Positions 60,968 to 64,000 of a stretch of 64,000 nt of DNA are shown here, piece after piece. A model generated the notes under the pieces. The model made no database searches, had not been told where the DNA came from, and saw only the letters and a list, made by a program, of their open reading frames with translations. The translations under genes were made by a program, and so were the position numbers. The stretch covers positions 420,500-484,499 of the forward strand of contig CAWKEE010000002.1 in the NCBI GenBank assembly GCA_963848555.1. Reading direction: 5' to 3'. This DNA comes from an uncultured Alphaproteobacteria bacterium. GTDB taxonomy: Bacteria; Pseudomonadota; Alphaproteobacteria; Sphingomonadales; Sphingomonadaceae. How positions within the stretch are numbered: position 1 is the first letter of the stretch; each line of letters opens with the position of its first letter.

Positions 60968-61612
60968 ATGCGCGTTTCCGTGAAGCCCACACTCTCCCTG
61001 GTCGCGCTGGCGGCGCTGGCGCTCGCCGGCTGCTCGACCACCGGCCGCACCGGCCAGAGCCTGCCGCCGGCCAGCTTCGTCGACACCTCGCAGCAGGTCA
61101 GCGAGAATTACCTGATCGGCGCGCTCGACGAGATCACCGTCTTCGTCTGGCGCAACCCGGAACTGGGGGCCCGCGTCCAGGTCCGCCCGGACGGCCGGAT
61201 CACCACCCCGCTGATCAGCGACATGGTCGCGGTCGGCAAGACCCCGGCAGAGCTCGCCGAGGCGATCCGCGTCGTCCTCGCCCAATATATCCAGGATCCC
61301 CTGGTGTCGGTGATGGTCGACCGGCCGCAGGGCACCTTCTCGCAGCAGATCCGCATCGTCGGCGCGACCGAGCGGCCGGCGGCGCTTCCCTATCGCGCCA
61401 ACATGACCTTGCTCGACGCGATGATCGCGGTCGGCGGCCTTTCCGAATTCGCCGCCGGCGATCGCGCGCGGCTGATCCGCTTCGACCGCGAGACCGGCCG
61501 GCAGCGCGAATATGATCTGCGCATCGCCAGCCTGCTGCGGCGCGGCGACGTGCGCGCCAACGTCCGGCTCGAGCCGGGCGACGTCATCATCATCCCCGAG
61601 AGCATGTTCTGA
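60968..61612 (+). CDS. Polysaccharide export lipoprotein (Wza/OPX), PEP-CTERM locus type
   Basis: Lipobox LAGC, VRPDGRITTPL, GGLSEFA, PGDVIIIPESMF. Confidence 0.9.
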   Translation: MRVSVKPTLSLVALAALALAGCSTTGRTGQSLPPASFVDTSQQVSENYLIGALDEITVFVWRNPELGARVQVRPDGRITTPLISDMVAVGKTPAELAEAIRVVLAQYIQDPLVSVMVDRPQGTFSQQIRIVGATERPAALPYRANMTLLDAMIAVGGLSEFAAGDRARLIRFDRETGRQREYDLRIASLLRRGDVRANVRLEPGDVIIIPESMF

Positions 61613-61650
61613 TCCGGCCCGCTCTGCCCAGCCAAGGACGATAGCTCCCG

Positions 61651-63184
61651 ATGGATGGACTCTACGAACAGTTCCGGATCGCGCTGCACCAGGTCTGGCG
61701 CCGCCGCTGGCTGGCGATGGCGGTCGCCTGGGGCATCGCCCTTGCCGGCTGGCTGGTGGTCGCGCTCATCCCGAACAGCTATGAGGCGAAAGCGCGGCTG
61801 TTCGTCCAGATGCAGTCGATCCTGCCGACCCAGATCGGCATCACCGCCGACGAGCGCCAGAACCAGCTGCTGCGCCTCAAGCAGACGCTGACCTCGAACG
61901 AGAATCTGACCCGGGTGGTGCGCCGCACCGATCTCAATCTGCTGGTCGCCGATGAAAGCGACCTCAGCAGCGTCGGTCTCGTCGCTGCGCCAGCGCATCC
62001 AGATCGTCGCCCAGCCCGACGGGATCATCGAGATCACCGCCAATTCGAACGTGTCGGGCTTCTCCAACGGCCAGAATGCCCGCATCGCCGCCGCGACCGT
62101 CCAGGGCCTGATCGACCTGTTCATCGAGCAGAACCTGTCCGGCGACCGCCGCGAGACCGGCCAGTCGCTGCAATTTCTCGACGAGGAGCTGCGCCGCCGC
62201 GAGACCCAGCTTCAGCAGGCCGAGCAGCGCCGCGTCGAATTCGAGCAGCGCTTCATGGGCCTGCTCCCCGGCACCGGCACGATCGACCAGCGGATGGCGG
62301 CGGGCCGGGCCGAGCTCGCCAATATCGAGCAGCAGATCGTCGCCCAGCAGGGTTCGCTGAACGCGATGCGCGGCCAGCTCTCGGCGACGCCGCAGAACCT
62401 GCCGGGCCTCGCGGGCGACGCCGCCGGCACCGCCAGCGGCCAGATCGCCGCGCTCGAAGCGCAGCTGAACCAGAATCGCGCCCGCGGCTGGACCGACCAG
62501 CATCCCGACGTCATCGCCACCCGTCAGCAGATCGAGCGGCTCCGGCCCTATGCCGCCGGCGAGCGGCGCGGCGGCGCCGCCGGCATGTCCAATCCATCCT
62601 GGGTGTCGCTGCGGGCGATGGTGGCCGAGCGCGAGGCGCAGCTCGCCGCGCTCACCACCCGCCGCAACCAGCTCCAGTCCGATCTCGGCCAGCTTTCGTC
62701 GGGCCAGTCGACCGAGCCCGGCCTGGCCGCCGAGCAGACCCGGCTGACCCGCGATTATGACGTGCTCAAGCAGCAATATGACCAATTGCTCGCCAATCGC
62801 GAGCAGATCCGGCTCAGGAGCGACGTCCAGACGCGCACCAGCCCGCTCACCATCCAGGTGGTCGAGCCGCCGAGCGTGCCGGGCGTTCCCGCCGCGCCCA
62901 ACCGGCCGGTGCTGCTGACCGTGATCCTGTTCTTCGCGGTCGGAGCCGGCGTCGCCGCCGCCTTCGTCGCCGGTCAGCTCCAGACCACCTTCCCGACCCA
63001 GAACCGGCTCGCCGCCGCCACCGGGCTGCCGGTGCTCGGCACGCTGAGCGAGGTGGTGATGCCGCCCGAACGGGCGCGCCGCCGCCAGCGGCTGGTCTGG
63101 CTGGGCGGCGCCGGCGCCGCGCTGGCCGCAAGCTATGCGGTGCTGGTGCTGGTCGAATTCTGGCAGCGAAGCCTGGTGGCGTGA
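61651..63184 (+). pseudogene. Polysaccharide chain-length determinant (PEP-CTERM locus type); frameshifted as sequenced
   Basis: WRRRWLA plus TM helix, coiled coil, VVEPPSVP..P.APNR plus TM helix; indel(s) at about 61965-61981. Confidence 0.88.
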
Positions 63185-63192
63185 GGAGCGAC

Positions 63193-64000
63193 ATGAAACA
63201 TACCCGCATCTCGCTGCTCGAGCGCGCCGCCGAAGTCTATGATTTCGCCGCGGCCCTGCGGGCGCGCGACCTGCCGCCGGCCGAGCCGGTGCCGGAACCG
63301 GATCGCGCCGGGGCCCCCGACGAGATCGTGCCGGTCATGGAAACGCCGCCGGCCGCCGAAACGCCGCTTGTGCTGCGCCGGCTCGAGCCGGGGGTGGTCG
63401 CGATCGACCGCGGCCGGCTGGCCGAAGCGGGTTATCTGGTTCCCGACGCGAACGTCACCGGCCTCGCCGAGGAATTCAGGCTGATCAAGCGCCAGCTGCT
63501 CGCCGCGATCGAGCGGCGGGTGTCGCTGCCCGAGGAGAAGCGCCGCTCGATCCTGATCTCGTCGGCCCAGCCCGGCGAGGGCAAGAGCTTCTGCGCGATC
63601 AACATGGCGCTGTCGCTGGCGGGCGAGCGCGACATCGAGGTGCTGCTGGTCGACAGCGACTTCTCCAAGCCGGACATGCTGTCGATCCTCGGCATCGAGG
63701 ACGGCCCGGGCCTGGTCGACGCGCTCGCCGATCCGCTCGCCGATCCCGAGGATTTCGTCATCCGCACCGACGTCGAGGGCCTGTCGGTCCTGCCCGCCGG
63801 CGCCAAGGTCAATAATGTGCCCGAGCTGCTGGCATCGGAGCGCACCAGGGAGGTGCTGGCGAAACTGGTCGCCGGCGACAGAAAGCGGATCATCCTGTTC
63901 GATTCGCCCCCCGCTCTGGTGGCGTCCCCCGCGACCGTGCTGGCCGGCTGCGTCGGCCAGGTGCTGGTCGTGGTGCGCGCCGACCGGACAACCGAAGCCG
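63193..64000 (+). CDS. Exopolysaccharide tyrosine autokinase (Wzc C-terminal / CpsD-like), 3'-truncated by window edge
   Basis: AEEFRLIKR, ISSAQPGEGKS, LLVDSD, ILFDSPP. Confidence 0.9.
   Translation, partial: MKHTRISLLERAAEVYDFAAALRARDLPPAEPVPEPDRAGAPDEIVPVMETPPAAETPLVLRRLEPGVVAIDRGRLAEAGYLVPDANVTGLAEEFRLIKRQLLAAIERRVSLPEEKRRSILISSAQPGEGKSFCAINMALSLAGERDIEVLLVDSDFSKPDMLSILGIEDGPGLVDALADPLADPEDFVIRTDVEGLSVLPAGAKVNNVPELLASERTREVLAKLVAGDRKRIILFDSPPALVASPATVLAGCVGQVLVVVRADRTTEA

Overview
High-GC (about 70%) alphaproteobacterial chromosomal DNA, most likely from a sphingomonad. This is inferred from gene content, the TonB-dependent receptor, the G-1:C73 tRNA-His and the repeat families. The core backbone is dnaE (3' part), tRNA-Leu-tig, clpP-clpX, lon-hupB-tRNA-Val, an osmoprotectant ABC transporter, usg-tRNA-His-amino acid dehydrogenase, ccmCDEFGHI, ald, kup, tRNA-Met, hppD, trxB and the start of an exosortase A/PEP-CTERM-type exopolysaccharide locus. 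Two accessory blocks interrupt the usual tig-clpP-clpX-lon order. The first (8.5-22.7 kb) holds the best candidate for a new system: a low-GC, translationally coupled two-gene module that pairs a RusA-like nuclease with a PD-(D/E)xK plus HEPN fusion protein, preceded by a perfect inverted repeat. The same block carries three tandem secreted beta-helix paralogs, each with its own conserved promoter and 5' hairpin, and a low-GC orphan 2-TM protein. There are several palindromic REP/MITE-like elements, but no CRISPR array, integrase or rRNA. About a dozen small indels break otherwise intact genes, concentrated at 39.5-45 kb; these are probably sequencing or assembly errors. All family assignments come from motif recognition by eye; no searches were run.
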